The translations under genes and the position numbers were made by a program. From contig DATJIS010000011.1 in assembly GCA_035493035.1 (NCBI GenBank), positions 11,470 to 75,469 on the forward strand: a stretch of DNA of 64,000 bases, in the 5' to 3' direction. The notes under the pieces were generated by a model that was not told where the DNA came from, made no database searches, and saw nothing but the letters and a program-made list of their open reading frames with translations. The DNA comes from Casimicrobiaceae bacterium (GTDB taxonomy: Bacteria; Pseudomonadota; Gammaproteobacteria; Burkholderiales; Casimicrobiaceae). Positions 37,991-46,735 of this stretch are shown here, piece by piece (the first letter of the stretch is position 1; each line of letters begins with the position of its first letter).

Positions 37991-38935
37991 CTAGCCGTCG
38001 CAGGCGGCGACCAGCGCATCCGCGAAAAGCCCCGGGACGTCGAAGCCCGATTGCTGCGAGATCTCGACGAAGCACGTCGGGCTGGTGACGTTCACTTCCG
38101 TGAGATAAGGGCCGATCACGTCGATTCCAACCACGATGAGGCCGTCGCGCCACAGCGTGGGCGCCATCGCCTCGCCGATTTCGCGATCGCGCGCCGTCAG
38201 CGGACGCGCCACCCCGCGACCGCCGGCGGCGAGATTGCCGCGGGTCTCGCCCGGCTTGGGAATGCGCGCCAGGCAATACGGCACGACCTCGCCTGCGATC
38301 ACGAGGATGCGCTTGTCACCGTCGACGATCTCGGGAATGTACTTCTGCGCCATGACGGTGCGCGAGCCGTACAGCGACACCGCTTCGAGAATCGCGTTGC
38401 GATTGGGATCGTCGTGGCGCACGCGAAAGATCGATGCGCCGCCCATGCCGTCGAGGGGCTTGACGACGACGTCGCGATGCTCGTCGATGAACGCGCCGAG
38501 CCGGGCCATGTCGCGCGTGGCGAGCGTGGTGGTGATCAGATGCTGGAACTTCGCGATCGCCATCTTCTCGTTGTAGTCGCGTATCGCGCGCGGCTTGTTG
38601 AAGACGCGGGCGCCCTGCGCCTCCGCGGCCTCGAGGAGATACGTCGAGTACACGTACTCCATGTCGAACGGCGGGTCCTTGCGCATCACCACCGCGGCGA
38701 AGTCGCGCAGCGGCCGCTCGTGCGCATCGCCTTCGCGATACCAGTCGTGATCGTCGTCGAGGAGGTCGAGCGGGCGGCTGCGTGCGTACGTCACGCCCTC
38801 GCGCCAATAGAGATCCGACTGCGTCATGGCGTGAATGCGATGGCCGCGCCCGGCGAGCGCACGCATCATCGAGATGCTCGTGTCCTTGTACGCCTTCAGG
38901 AACGGCAGCGGGTCGAGGATGAACGCGAAATCCAT
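37991..38935 (-). CDS. gshB: Glutathione synthetase (ATP-grasp)
   Basis: 314 aa. Reads MDFAFILDPLPFLKAYKDTSISMM..., VVKPLDGMGGASIF and GDKRILVIAG. Confidence 0.9.
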   Translation of the reverse strand: MDFAFILDPLPFLKAYKDTSISMMRALAGRGHRIHAMTQSDLYWREGVTYARSRPLDLLDDDHDWYREGDAHERPLRDFAAVVMRKDPPFDMEYVYSTYLLEAAEAQGARVFNKPRAIRDYNEKMAIAKFQHLITTTLATRDMARLGAFIDEHRDVVVKPLDGMGGASIFRVRHDDPNRNAILEAVSLYGSRTVMAQKYIPEIVDGDKRILVIAGEVVPYCLARIPKPGETRGNLAAGGRGVARPLTARDREIGEAMAPTLWRDGLIVVGIDVIGPYLTEVNVTSPTCFVEISQQSGFDVPGLFADALVAACDG

Positions 38936-38997
38936 GGCGGGACGCGGCAGCCGCGCGCGATGCGCGGGAGGACCGGCATCGTATCAAACGCCGCGGG

Positions 38998-39348
38998 TCA
39001 ACGCAGGAGACGCTGCAGTGCGCGCAATTCTGGAGCCGCGGCCGTGGCGGCGAGGCGCTCGCTCTCGCGATAGCGGTGCACGACCTCCTCGCCGACTGGC
39101 GTCAACCGCGTGCCGCCGCCGCGCTCTCCGCCCGCCTCCGCCTCGACCACCGCGGTGCGGAAGCAGCGGTTCATGGTGTCGACCAGAAGCCATGCGCGGC
39201 GATACGACATGTCGAGGCTCTTCGCGGCCGCGGTGATCGAGCCCGTGCGCGCAATGGCCTCCAGCAGCGCGACCTTGCCGGGGCCGAGCGCGATGTCCTC
39301 GCCCTTGGTGAGGCGCAGCCGGAAGTGCACGCGCGACCCCGCCGTCAC
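38998..39348 (-). CDS. ModE N-terminal-domain-like winged-helix regulator (no molybdate-binding domains)
   Basis: GTG start in a GTGA overlap with the amidase stop. 116 aa. Reads LGPGKVALLEAIARTGSITAAAKSLDMSYRRAWLLVDTMN. Confidence 0.7.
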   Translation of the reverse strand: MTAGSRVHFRLRLTKGEDIALGPGKVALLEAIARTGSITAAAKSLDMSYRRAWLLVDTMNRCFRTAVVEAEAGGERGGGTRLTPVGEEVVHRYRESERLAATAAAPELRALQRLLR

Positions 39349-40688
39349 GGCGCAACCGGCGACGATGCGACACCTGCTGATTCCAGCCGGGCCGCGAGGT
39401 GCACGAGCCACGCTTCGCGGCGCGGCGGCGCGAAGAGCTGAACGCCCATGGGAAGCCGCCCCGGGCGCGCGATGGGAACCGTCAGCGCGGGACAATCGGT
39501 GCCCGCGAGCGGCTGCGTGAACCAGCCGAGCATCGGTCCGGTGGGCGCCTCGACGCCGGCGATGTCGAGCGTGGCCGTGCCGATCCGCGGCGCGACGCAC
39601 GGCGTGGCGGGCATGACCAGCACGTCCACGTCGGCGAAAAGGCGCCGCAGCGCCTCGTTGTGCCAGCGGCGAAAGCGCTGCGCCTGCAGGTACCACTGCG
39701 CGGGCAGCAGCGCGTGCGCGAGGAAGCGCGTGCGCGTGGCAGGGTCGAACTGCGCGAGCCGCGTGCGCAGGAGGCCGAGCTTGCCGGTCGCGCTTTCGCT
39801 CGCGTTGATGAGCGTCGACGCCGCACGCGCGCGCTTCGCCTGCGGAAACTCGACCACGCGTGTTGCGCCGAGTGCGTGCAGCGCGCGGGCGACGGCCTCG
39901 CGAGCGTCGGCGTCGAGCCGTTCGCCAAAATAGCCGCCCGCCGCTGCGACGCGGAGCGCCTGCGCCGGCGGCGCATCGTATCGATCGGCCATCACCGCAT
40001 GAGCAAGCCCGATATCGGCCGCGCTGCGCGCCAGCGGGCCGAGCGTGCTGATCGTGCCGCCGCTGCCGAGCACGCCGGTGGCATCGATGTCGCCACGCGT
40101 CGGGCGCAGGCCGAAAATGCCGCACAGCGAGGCGGGAAGGCGCACCGAGCCCAGCGCGTCGCTACCGATGGCGAGCGGCACGAGCCCCGCCGCGACGGCG
40201 GCCGCGCAACCGCCGGACGAGCCGCCGGGCGTGCGCGTCGGGTCGTGCGGGTTACGCGTCGTGCCGAAGGTCGCGTTCTCGGTCGTGCCGCCCATCCCGA
40301 ACTCGTCCATGTTGAGCGCGCCGACGCAGATCGCGCCTTGCGCTTCGAGTCGGCGCACGACCTCCGCATCGCGCCGCGCCGGCGGCGCATCGCGATACAG
40401 CGCCGAGCCCGCCGTCGTCGGCAGCCCCGCGATGTCGATCATGGCTTTCACGCCGAACGGCACGCCGGCGAGGGGCCCCGGCGCGACGCCGCGCGCGCGG
40501 GCTTCGTCGAGCTGCGTTGCGCGCCGGCGCGCGCGCTCCAACGCAATCGCGGTGAAGGCATTGAGTCCGGTGTTGCGCGCCTCGATGCGCGCCAGCGCCG
40601 CGTCGATCACGGCACGCGCCGGCATACCGTCCTTGACGGCGGCCGCGATTGCAACCGCCGTGGCTTCGGCGCCGAGCGCCGCGGTCAT
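39345..40688 (-). CDS. Amidase-signature enzyme (AtzE/GatA-like)
   Basis: 447 aa. Reads GVPFGVKAMIDIAG and GGSSGGCAAAVAAGLVPLAIGSDALGSVRLPAS. It is paired with an upstream small GatC/AtzG-like ORF. Confidence 0.85.
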   Translation of the reverse strand: MTAALGAEATAVAIAAAVKDGMPARAVIDAALARIEARNTGLNAFTAIALERARRRATQLDEARARGVAPGPLAGVPFGVKAMIDIAGLPTTAGSALYRDAPPARRDAEVVRRLEAQGAICVGALNMDEFGMGGTTENATFGTTRNPHDPTRTPGGSSGGCAAAVAAGLVPLAIGSDALGSVRLPASLCGIFGLRPTRGDIDATGVLGSGGTISTLGPLARSAADIGLAHAVMADRYDAPPAQALRVAAAGGYFGERLDADAREAVARALHALGATRVVEFPQAKRARAASTLINASESATGKLGLLRTRLAQFDPATRTRFLAHALLPAQWYLQAQRFRRWHNEALRRLFADVDVLVMPATPCVAPRIGTATLDIAGVEAPTGPMLGWFTQPLAGTDCPALTVPIARPGRLPMGVQLFAPPRREAWLVHLAARLESAGVASSPVAP

Positions 40689-40846
40689 GCGGACGATTCG
40701 GGCGGCAGCTCGAACGCGAGCACGTCCTGCGCGAGCGCGTGCAGGCGCGCGATGTTGGCCGCGACCGCTTCGCGGTCCTCCGCCGGAATCGGCAGATCGA
40801 TCGCCGCCGCGGCGGCGTCGACGAAGGCGCCGGGATCGAAGGTCAT
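40685..40846 (-). CDS. Small AtzG/DUF4089-like amidase partner protein
   Basis: 53 aa (MTFDPGAFVDAAAAAIDLPIPAEDREAVAANIARLHALAQDVLAFELP...). ATGA overlaps on both sides. The IPxxxxxxVxxNLxxL pattern resembles GatC/AtzG. Confidence 0.6.
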   Translation of the reverse strand: MTFDPGAFVDAAAAAIDLPIPAEDREAVAANIARLHALAQDVLAFELPPESSA

Positions 40847-41124
40847 GCCTGCGCGCGGCGACTGCGCACGTTGTGGATGTGCACCCAGCTGCCCCGCGTA
40901 ATCGGTGCCGTGGCCTCGCCGATGCACTCGCCGTACTTGATCACCGCGTCGCCGGGCTTCAGGTCCGCGAGCGCGATCTTGTGACACAGGGCGACGGCCT
41001 CGTTCGCACGAACCTCGATCACGCCGTCGGTGCGCTTCACGCGCACGGTCTCGCCGGCAGCGACCGGTTGCAGCAGCGTGGCAACGTTGTCCTCCTGCGC
41101 CAGCGCGGTCGCATGCCAGCTCAC
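40843..41124 (-). CDS. UxaA-family dehydratase small subunit (SAF domain)
   Basis: 93 aa. Reads DNVATLLQPVAAGETV...CHKIALADLKPGDAVIKYGECIGEATAPITRGSWVHIHNV. Confidence 0.85.
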   Translation of the reverse strand: MSWHATALAQEDNVATLLQPVAAGETVRVKRTDGVIEVRANEAVALCHKIALADLKPGDAVIKYGECIGEATAPITRGSWVHIHNVRSRRAQA

Positions 41125-41152
41125 GTGCGCACCCCGGCGCGCTGGGCCGCGC

Positions 41153-42313
41153 TCACAGCGCCGGCCCCAGGCGGCTCACGACGTCCTCGCCTTCGTCGAG
41201 GATCTCGCCCCACGTCAGCATGCCGGAGGCGACCTCGAGCATCAGTCCCTGCAGCCGCTGCGCGGCCTCCTCGAGCGTCGCGCGCCGCTCGAAGACGTCG
41301 CTCGCGTCGAAGTCGAGCTGCTCGCCGAGCCTTCGCGTCGCCACCGGATTGGCGCAGATCTTGATGGTGGGCGCGATGCCGCTCACGAAGCTGTTGCCGA
41401 CACCCGTCGTGAACAGCACGATCTGCGCGCCGCTCGCGACAAGCCCCCCCACTGATTCCGGCGCATACGCCGGGGCGTCCATGAGGTAGAGGCCCGGACC
41501 GGGGACCCGATCGGCGATCTCGATCACGCCGCGAATCGGTGCGCGTCCGCCCTTGGCGATGGAACCGAGCGACTTCTCCTCGATGGTGGTGAGCCCGGCG
41601 GCGATGTTGGTCGGCCCGGGGTTGTTGCCGAGCAGATCCATGCCGGCGTCGATCGCCGCACGCTCGCGCCGCAGCACGGCCTGCTCGATGTCGTGCGCCA
41701 CCCGTGCGTCGCGAGCCCGCGCGGTCAGCAGGTGCTCGGCGCCGAGCCATTCGACCGTCTCGCCGAACACGGCGCGGCCGCCCGCGGCGACCAGTGCATC
41801 CACGACAGTGCCCACGAGCGGATTCGACACGAGGCCCGACGTCGGATCCGAGCGCCCGCATTCCATGCCGAGGAAGAGCTCCGAAAAATCGGCGCGCGAG
41901 CGGCGCAGGCGCGAGGCCTCGCGCAGCATGCGCGCAGCCGTGCGAACGCCGCGCTCCGTCATGGTGATCGCGTCGTGCTCGCACGCGTCGAAGACGAGCG
42001 CCTCGACCGCTCGCCCGGTGGCCCCGATGTCCTGCGCGATGCGCTCCACCAGCGGCGGCGTCGCGCCGACGACGACGACGGCCGCGACGTTGGGATGGCA
42101 GCCGAACGCCGTCAGCGCGCGCTCGTGGAGCCGCGCGTCGTCGCCGAGGAGCCCGCTGCCGTATTGCGTGGTGATCACGCGCGCACCCGGGACGCAGCGG
42201 CCGATGCGCCGCGCGGTCGGGCCGGTCAGCCCCGTGACCGACAGGATGAGCACGTGGTTGCGCACGCCCACGGTTCCGTCGGCGCGGCGATAACCCTCGA
42301 AGGTCGCGCTCAA
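41153..42313 (-). CDS. UxaA-family dehydratase large subunit
   Basis: 386 aa, TTG start. Reads FEGYRRADGTVGVRNHVLILSVTGLTG..., corresponding to the C-terminal domain of altronate/galactarate dehydratase. Confidence 0.85.
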   Translation of the reverse strand: MSATFEGYRRADGTVGVRNHVLILSVTGLTGPTARRIGRCVPGARVITTQYGSGLLGDDARLHERALTAFGCHPNVAAVVVVGATPPLVERIAQDIGATGRAVEALVFDACEHDAITMTERGVRTAARMLREASRLRRSRADFSELFLGMECGRSDPTSGLVSNPLVGTVVDALVAAGGRAVFGETVEWLGAEHLLTARARDARVAHDIEQAVLRRERAAIDAGMDLLGNNPGPTNIAAGLTTIEEKSLGSIAKGGRAPIRGVIEIADRVPGPGLYLMDAPAYAPESVGGLVASGAQIVLFTTGVGNSFVSGIAPTIKICANPVATRRLGEQLDFDASDVFERRATLEEAAQRLQGLMLEVASGMLTWGEILDEGEDVVSRLGPAL

Positions 42314-42344
42314 GCGTCCTCCTGCGCGCGGCGCCCGTCGGGGC

Positions 42345-43355
42345 TCATGCCGCGACTGCGCCCACCGGCGCGTGGGTGGGCAGGAGGCCCTCGTGCTTCA
42401 GCTCCTGCCACAGGGCATCGGGCAGCGGCATGGTCGACCAGCGCAGGTTGGTGTCGACTTCCTGCCGCGTACGATAGCCGCACACCGCGGATACGACGGC
42501 CGGATGCGCGAGCGTGAACTGCAGCGCGGCCGCGCCGAGCGGCGTGCCGTGGCGCGCGCACACCGCCTCCAGCCTGCGCGTCCGCTCCACGATCTCCGGC
42601 CCCGCCTCGGCGTAGAAGTAAGTCGCGCCGGCGACGGCGCCCGTGGCCAGGATGCCCGAGTTGAACGGTGACGCGACGATCACGCCGATGCCGCTGTGCG
42701 CGCAATGCGGCAGCAGCTCCTCCAGCGCCTGCGAATGCTCGAGCAGGGTGTAGCCGCCCGCGAGCATGAAGCAGTCGAAGCTGCCCGCGCGCGCGAACCG
42801 CATGCACACGTCGGGGCCCTTGACCCCGACGCCGATCGCTCGGATCACGCCCTCGCTGCGCAGCCGCTCGAGCGCCGGATACGCGCCCTCCATCGCCTCG
42901 ACGAAGCGACGCTCGTAATCGGCACCCTGCCAGCGCGGATTGACGTCGTGGATGAACACGATGTCCGCGCGGCACAGGCCGAGCCGTTGCAGGCTGTCCT
43001 CCAGCGCGCGCATCACGCCGTCGTAGCTGTAGTCGTACCACGGCTCGAACGAAAGCCGGTCTTCGGGCGGCGGGTTCACGCAACGCGGCGCGAGGCGCCG
43101 CCCGACCTTGGTCGAAAGGACGAACTCGTCGCGACGCCGCTGTCGCAGCGCCGTCCCGAAGAAGTGCTCGCCGAGGCCACTCGAATACAGCGGTGCGGTG
43201 TCGAAATAGCGAAAGCCGCGATCGTAGGCGTAGGCGAGGAGCTGTGTCGCATCGCGCTCGGTGCGCACGGTGAAGAGGCTGCCGCCGCCGTAGCCGAGGC
43301 GTGGCAGCGCAATCGCCTCGCCCGCAGCCGGCGCGCCCGCGCGGACGACCTTCAT
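42345..43355 (-). CDS. Aldo/keto reductase
   Basis: The last 336 aa of ORF 42345..44729. Reads LGYGGGSLF, RYFDTAPLYSSGLGE, LSTKVGR and IGVGV. ATGA overlap with the SBP gene stop. Confidence 0.85.
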   Translation of the reverse strand: MKVVRAGAPAAGEAIALPRLGYGGGSLFTVRTERDATQLLAYAYDRGFRYFDTAPLYSSGLGEHFFGTALRQRRRDEFVLSTKVGRRLAPRCVNPPPEDRLSFEPWYDYSYDGVMRALEDSLQRLGLCRADIVFIHDVNPRWQGADYERRFVEAMEGAYPALERLRSEGVIRAIGVGVKGPDVCMRFARAGSFDCFMLAGGYTLLEHSQALEELLPHCAHSGIGVIVASPFNSGILATGAVAGATYFYAEAGPEIVERTRRLEAVCARHGTPLGAAALQFTLAHPAVVSAVCGYRTRQEVDTNLRWSTMPLPDALWQELKHEGLLPTHAPVGAVAA

Positions 43356-44698
43356 TTCAGATCCGGCAGCCGGCCGGTCTTGCGTCCGCTTCGCGCAATC
43401 AGCTCCTGCACTTCGGCGGCCGCTCGATTGAGCGCTTCGGCCGGCGCGCTCTTGCCGATGATGCATTCGTTGAGGCGCAGCGACACGATCGACGACATCT
43501 GGGCCGCTTCGGGAATGACCGCGTACATCTTGGCCACGCGCGAATTGTCGCTTTGCGCCTTGAGGAAGCGGAACTTCGGGTCCCGCGCGAGCGGCGTCTG
43601 CCCGAGGTCGACGCGAACCGGCACCGCGCCATAGCGCGTATATGCGAGCTGGTGGTCGAGCGTCTGGAACCACGTGAGGAACTCGAGCGCCGCCTTCTGT
43701 CGCTCGATCGGCACGTTGCGCGCGATGGCGCCGATCCAGTGACCCGCGCGGCTCGCGTGGTGGCCGCCTTCGCCGCGCGGGATCAATGCCGTGTCGAACT
43801 TGCCGACGACCGCCGACTTGTTCGGATCCTCGAGCTGCGCCCATGCGCCGACGATGCCGATCGTCTGCGCCGCCTTGCCGGTGGCCATGAGCTGGATCAT
43901 CTGGCTCTGGCCCACCGAGCCCGCCGTGGGATAGCCGCCTGCCTTGCCGAGCTTCAGGTAGAACTCCAGCGCGCGCAGCGCCGCGGGGCTGTTGAGCGCG
44001 ACCGTGAAGTCGCCTGCGCTCGCGTTGACGAAGACGTCGCCGCCGAAGCTGAACAGGTAGTTGGAGAAATCGGCGAGCGCCGACTCGCGATCGTCGCGAT
44101 GCACGAAGCCGTACACGCGCGAGCCGTCGTTGAGCTTCTGCGCGTTGGCGAGCACCTGGTCCCACGTCTCGGGCACTTTGAGCCCGTGCCTGTCGTACAG
44201 GTCCTTGCGGTAATAGAACACCTCGACGTTGCCGTTCACCGGCACGCCCATGAGCTTGCCGCCGTGCGGATCGAAGGTGCGGAGCTTTTCGTTCCAGTAG
44301 ATCGTGCCGCCATACGTGCTGACCTGCGGGTCGAGCTTGTAGCCGGGCACGAGCTCGCCGATGGGCGTGAGGAATCCCCCGTCGAAGAATTCGACCATCC
44401 AGTTGTTGTCGATGGCGAGCAGGTCGTACGAGCCGGTTTGCGCGCGCAGCGAGTTGCGGATCTTGTCGAGCGCGCCGGCGTAGGGATTCACGTCGAGCTC
44501 GATCGCGTTGCCCGTCTCGTTCTTGTATTGCTCGACCAGGCGGCGAAAGCCGTCGAACCACGGCGACTGGTTGATCACCATCGTGATCGGCGGCACGCGC
44601 ACGGGCTTCTGCGCGCGCGCGAAGCCCGGCAGGAGCACGGCGCAGCCCGCGGCCGCGGCCCGTCGAATGAAGCGGCGTCGATCCGTCGGGAGGGTCAT
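43352..44698 (-). CDS. ABC transporter substrate-binding protein (carbohydrate-type, family 1) with Tat signal
   Basis: GGAGG lies 5 nt upstream of the ATG at 44698. MTLPTDRRRFIRRAAAAGCAVLL is a twin-arginine signal. The SBP fold has the expected length. Confidence 0.85.
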   Translation of the reverse strand: MTLPTDRRRFIRRAAAAGCAVLLPGFARAQKPVRVPPITMVINQSPWFDGFRRLVEQYKNETGNAIELDVNPYAGALDKIRNSLRAQTGSYDLLAIDNNWMVEFFDGGFLTPIGELVPGYKLDPQVSTYGGTIYWNEKLRTFDPHGGKLMGVPVNGNVEVFYYRKDLYDRHGLKVPETWDQVLANAQKLNDGSRVYGFVHRDDRESALADFSNYLFSFGGDVFVNASAGDFTVALNSPAALRALEFYLKLGKAGGYPTAGSVGQSQMIQLMATGKAAQTIGIVGAWAQLEDPNKSAVVGKFDTALIPRGEGGHHASRAGHWIGAIARNVPIERQKAALEFLTWFQTLDHQLAYTRYGAVPVRVDLGQTPLARDPKFRFLKAQSDNSRVAKMYAVIPEAAQMSSIVSLRLNECIIGKSAPAEALNRAAAEVQELIARSGRKTGRLPDLK

Positions 44699-44747
44699 CG
44701 AACCTCCGGTTGTGTTCATGGTGGCGCAATCATGGAACGCGCCGGGG

Positions 44748-44763
44748 ATGATTGCGCAATCAT
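44748..44763. promoter_or_regulatory. Candidate LacI-family operator (perfect 16-bp palindrome)
   Basis: ATGATTGCGCAATCAT lies in the divergent intergenic region between the SBP operon and lacI-permease operon. An extra half-site, GCGCAATCAT, lies at 44724..44733. Confidence 0.55.
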
Positions 44764-44813
44764 CCAAATCTTGCTACCGTCCCCGCGGCCTGTCAAACGC
44801 GCCTCCTGCACCG

Positions 44814-45854
44814 GTGACCCGCTTCCATCGCCGCCCTGCGTCCGCCGAACCGGTCGCACGCCCGGCGCGCCTGGTGGACGTCGCGCGGGTCGCGCAGCTC
44901 TCGCCGATCACCGTGTCGCGCGCGCTGCGCGAGCCTCACAAGGTTTCCATCCACGCGCGCGCGCGCGTCGCGGCCGCCGTCGCCGAGACCGGCTACGTTC
45001 CCGACCTCGTTGCCAGCAGCCTCACCAGCCGGCGCACGCGCCTCGTCGGGCTCGTGATCCCGACGATCACGGCGTCGATCTACGCATCCACCGTCGCCGG
45101 CCTCACCGAAGTGCTGCGGGCGCGCAATTTCGAGGCGCTGATCGGCGACAGCGGCTACACGCTGGACGGCGAGCGCAAGCTCGTGGCCGCATTCCTGGGA
45201 CGGCGCGCGGACGGCGTCATCCTGAGCAACGTCGAGCATGCCGACGCGACGCGCATCCTGCTGTCGCGGGCGCGCGTTCCGGTCGTGGAGACCGGCAATC
45301 TCACCACCGATCCGATCGACATGGTGGTGGGATTCTCCAACCACGCCGCGGCGCGCGCGATGATGGATCACCTGGCGGCGCGCGGCCATCGCACCATCGG
45401 GTTCATCGGCGCCGCGACGACGGGCAATCCGCAGGCTGCCGACCGCCGCCGCGCCTATGACGACGCGGTGAACGCGCACGGCCTCGCGCATGCGCCGACG
45501 CTCGCGATCGAGTGCGCTTCCGACCTCGGCGCCGGCGCGGACGCGTTGCTGCGCATCCTCGAGCGGCATCCCGAGACCACCGCCGTGTTCGCGGCAAGCG
45601 AGGTGCGCGCGATCGGCGCATTGCTCGAATGCCAGCGCCGCGGCTGGAAGGTGCCCGACCGCATCGCGCTGGCCGGCTTCAACGATGCGGGATTGGGCGC
45701 ATGGCTCGTCCCCGCGCTCACGACGGTGCGCGTCCCCCGGGACGAGATCGGCCGGCGCGCCGCCCGGATGATCCTCGACCGGCTGGAGGGGCGTCCCGTC
45801 CCCGAACCGGTCGTGGACCTCGGCTACGAGATCGTGGTGCGCGGGAGCACGTGA
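44814..45854 (+). CDS. LacI-family transcriptional regulator
   Basis: Reads LVDVARVAQLSPITVSRALREPHKVSIHARARVAAAVAETGYVPDLVASSL (HTH), then a periplasmic-binding-fold domain. The start is uncertain; I chose the GTG at 44814 because upstream ATGs fall inside the operator/promoter region. Confidence 0.8.
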   Translation: MTRFHRRPASAEPVARPARLVDVARVAQLSPITVSRALREPHKVSIHARARVAAAVAETGYVPDLVASSLTSRRTRLVGLVIPTITASIYASTVAGLTEVLRARNFEALIGDSGYTLDGERKLVAAFLGRRADGVILSNVEHADATRILLSRARVPVVETGNLTTDPIDMVVGFSNHAAARAMMDHLAARGHRTIGFIGAATTGNPQAADRRRAYDDAVNAHGLAHAPTLAIECASDLGAGADALLRILERHPETTAVFAASEVRAIGALLECQRRGWKVPDRIALAGFNDAGLGAWLVPALTTVRVPRDEIGRRAARMILDRLEGRPVPEPVVDLGYEIVVRGST

Positions 45855-46735
45855 GCGCGGTTGCCCACCGCCGGGCGGGCCGCTGGTGGACGCTTGCGCC
45901 GGCGCTGATGCTCTTCGCGCTCATCGCAGTCGCGCCGATCGGCGAGCTTCTCGCGATGAGTCTATCGCGCATCGACTGGATCGGCGGTTCCGCGCACTGG
46001 CGCTTCGTGGGCTTCGATCAGTACGCGCAGGTCCTTCGTGACACGCTGTTCCGCGCCGGCGTGGTCAATACCGTCATCTTCGCCGTCGCCGGCGTGCTCG
46101 TTCAGATGGTGCTCGGCTTCGCGCTCGCGCTGATGACGACGCGCGTGACGCGCGGGCGCGTGCTGTACCGAAGCGTGTTCCTCCTGCCGATCCTCGTGCC
46201 GGGGATCGTGATCGGCGCCATCTGGAAGCTGATGTACAACTTCGACTTCGGCGTGCTGAACCAGATCACCGGCGTCCTCGGCCTGCCCGCAGTCGACTGG
46301 CTCGGCAACGGCGCGACCGCGCTTGCGGCCGTGATCGCCGTCGACGTGTGGCACTGGACGCCCTTCGTGTTCCTGCTGATGCTCGCCGGGCTCGAAAGCC
46401 TGCCCCGGGACGTGTTCGAGGCCGCGCACGTCGACGGCGCGACGCTCGTCGACGAGCTCCGTTACGTCACGCTGCCGCTGATGCTGCCGACCATCACCGT
46501 GACGCTGGTGTTCCGCGTCCTCGTCGGCGTCAAGGTGTTCGACGAGATCTATCTCCTCACCGGCGGTGGGCCGGGCACCGCCACCGAGGTCGTGAGCTAC
46601 ACGATCTTCCGGCGATTCTTCACCGAAGGCCAGACCGGCTACGGGTCGGCGATGTCGGTGGTGGTGCTGTTCGCGCTGGCGCTGCTCTTCATCGTCGCGC
46701 GCGCCGCGACGCAGCGGCGAACGGTGCTCGCATGA
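45851..46735 (+). CDS. Carbohydrate ABC transporter permease (MalF/UgpA-like)
   Basis: GTGA overlap with the lacI stop. Six TM segments. EAA-type loop ESLPRDVFEAAHVDGAT. Confidence 0.85.
   Translation: MSAVAHRRAGRWWTLAPALMLFALIAVAPIGELLAMSLSRIDWIGGSAHWRFVGFDQYAQVLRDTLFRAGVVNTVIFAVAGVLVQMVLGFALALMTTRVTRGRVLYRSVFLLPILVPGIVIGAIWKLMYNFDFGVLNQITGVLGLPAVDWLGNGATALAAVIAVDVWHWTPFVFLLMLAGLESLPRDVFEAAHVDGATLVDELRYVTLPLMLPTITVTLVFRVLVGVKVFDEIYLLTGGGPGTATEVVSYTIFRRFFTEGQTGYGSAMSVVVLFALALLFIVARAATQRRTVLA

Noticed and set aside
44718-44750. Upstream ATG codons (44718, 44748) as the lacI start.
   Set aside because: They would place the coding region across the divergent promoter and operator. The ATG at 44748 is the first triplet of the 16-bp palindrome, and the added residues do not resemble LacI N-termini. 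The GTG at 44814 is preferred but not certain.
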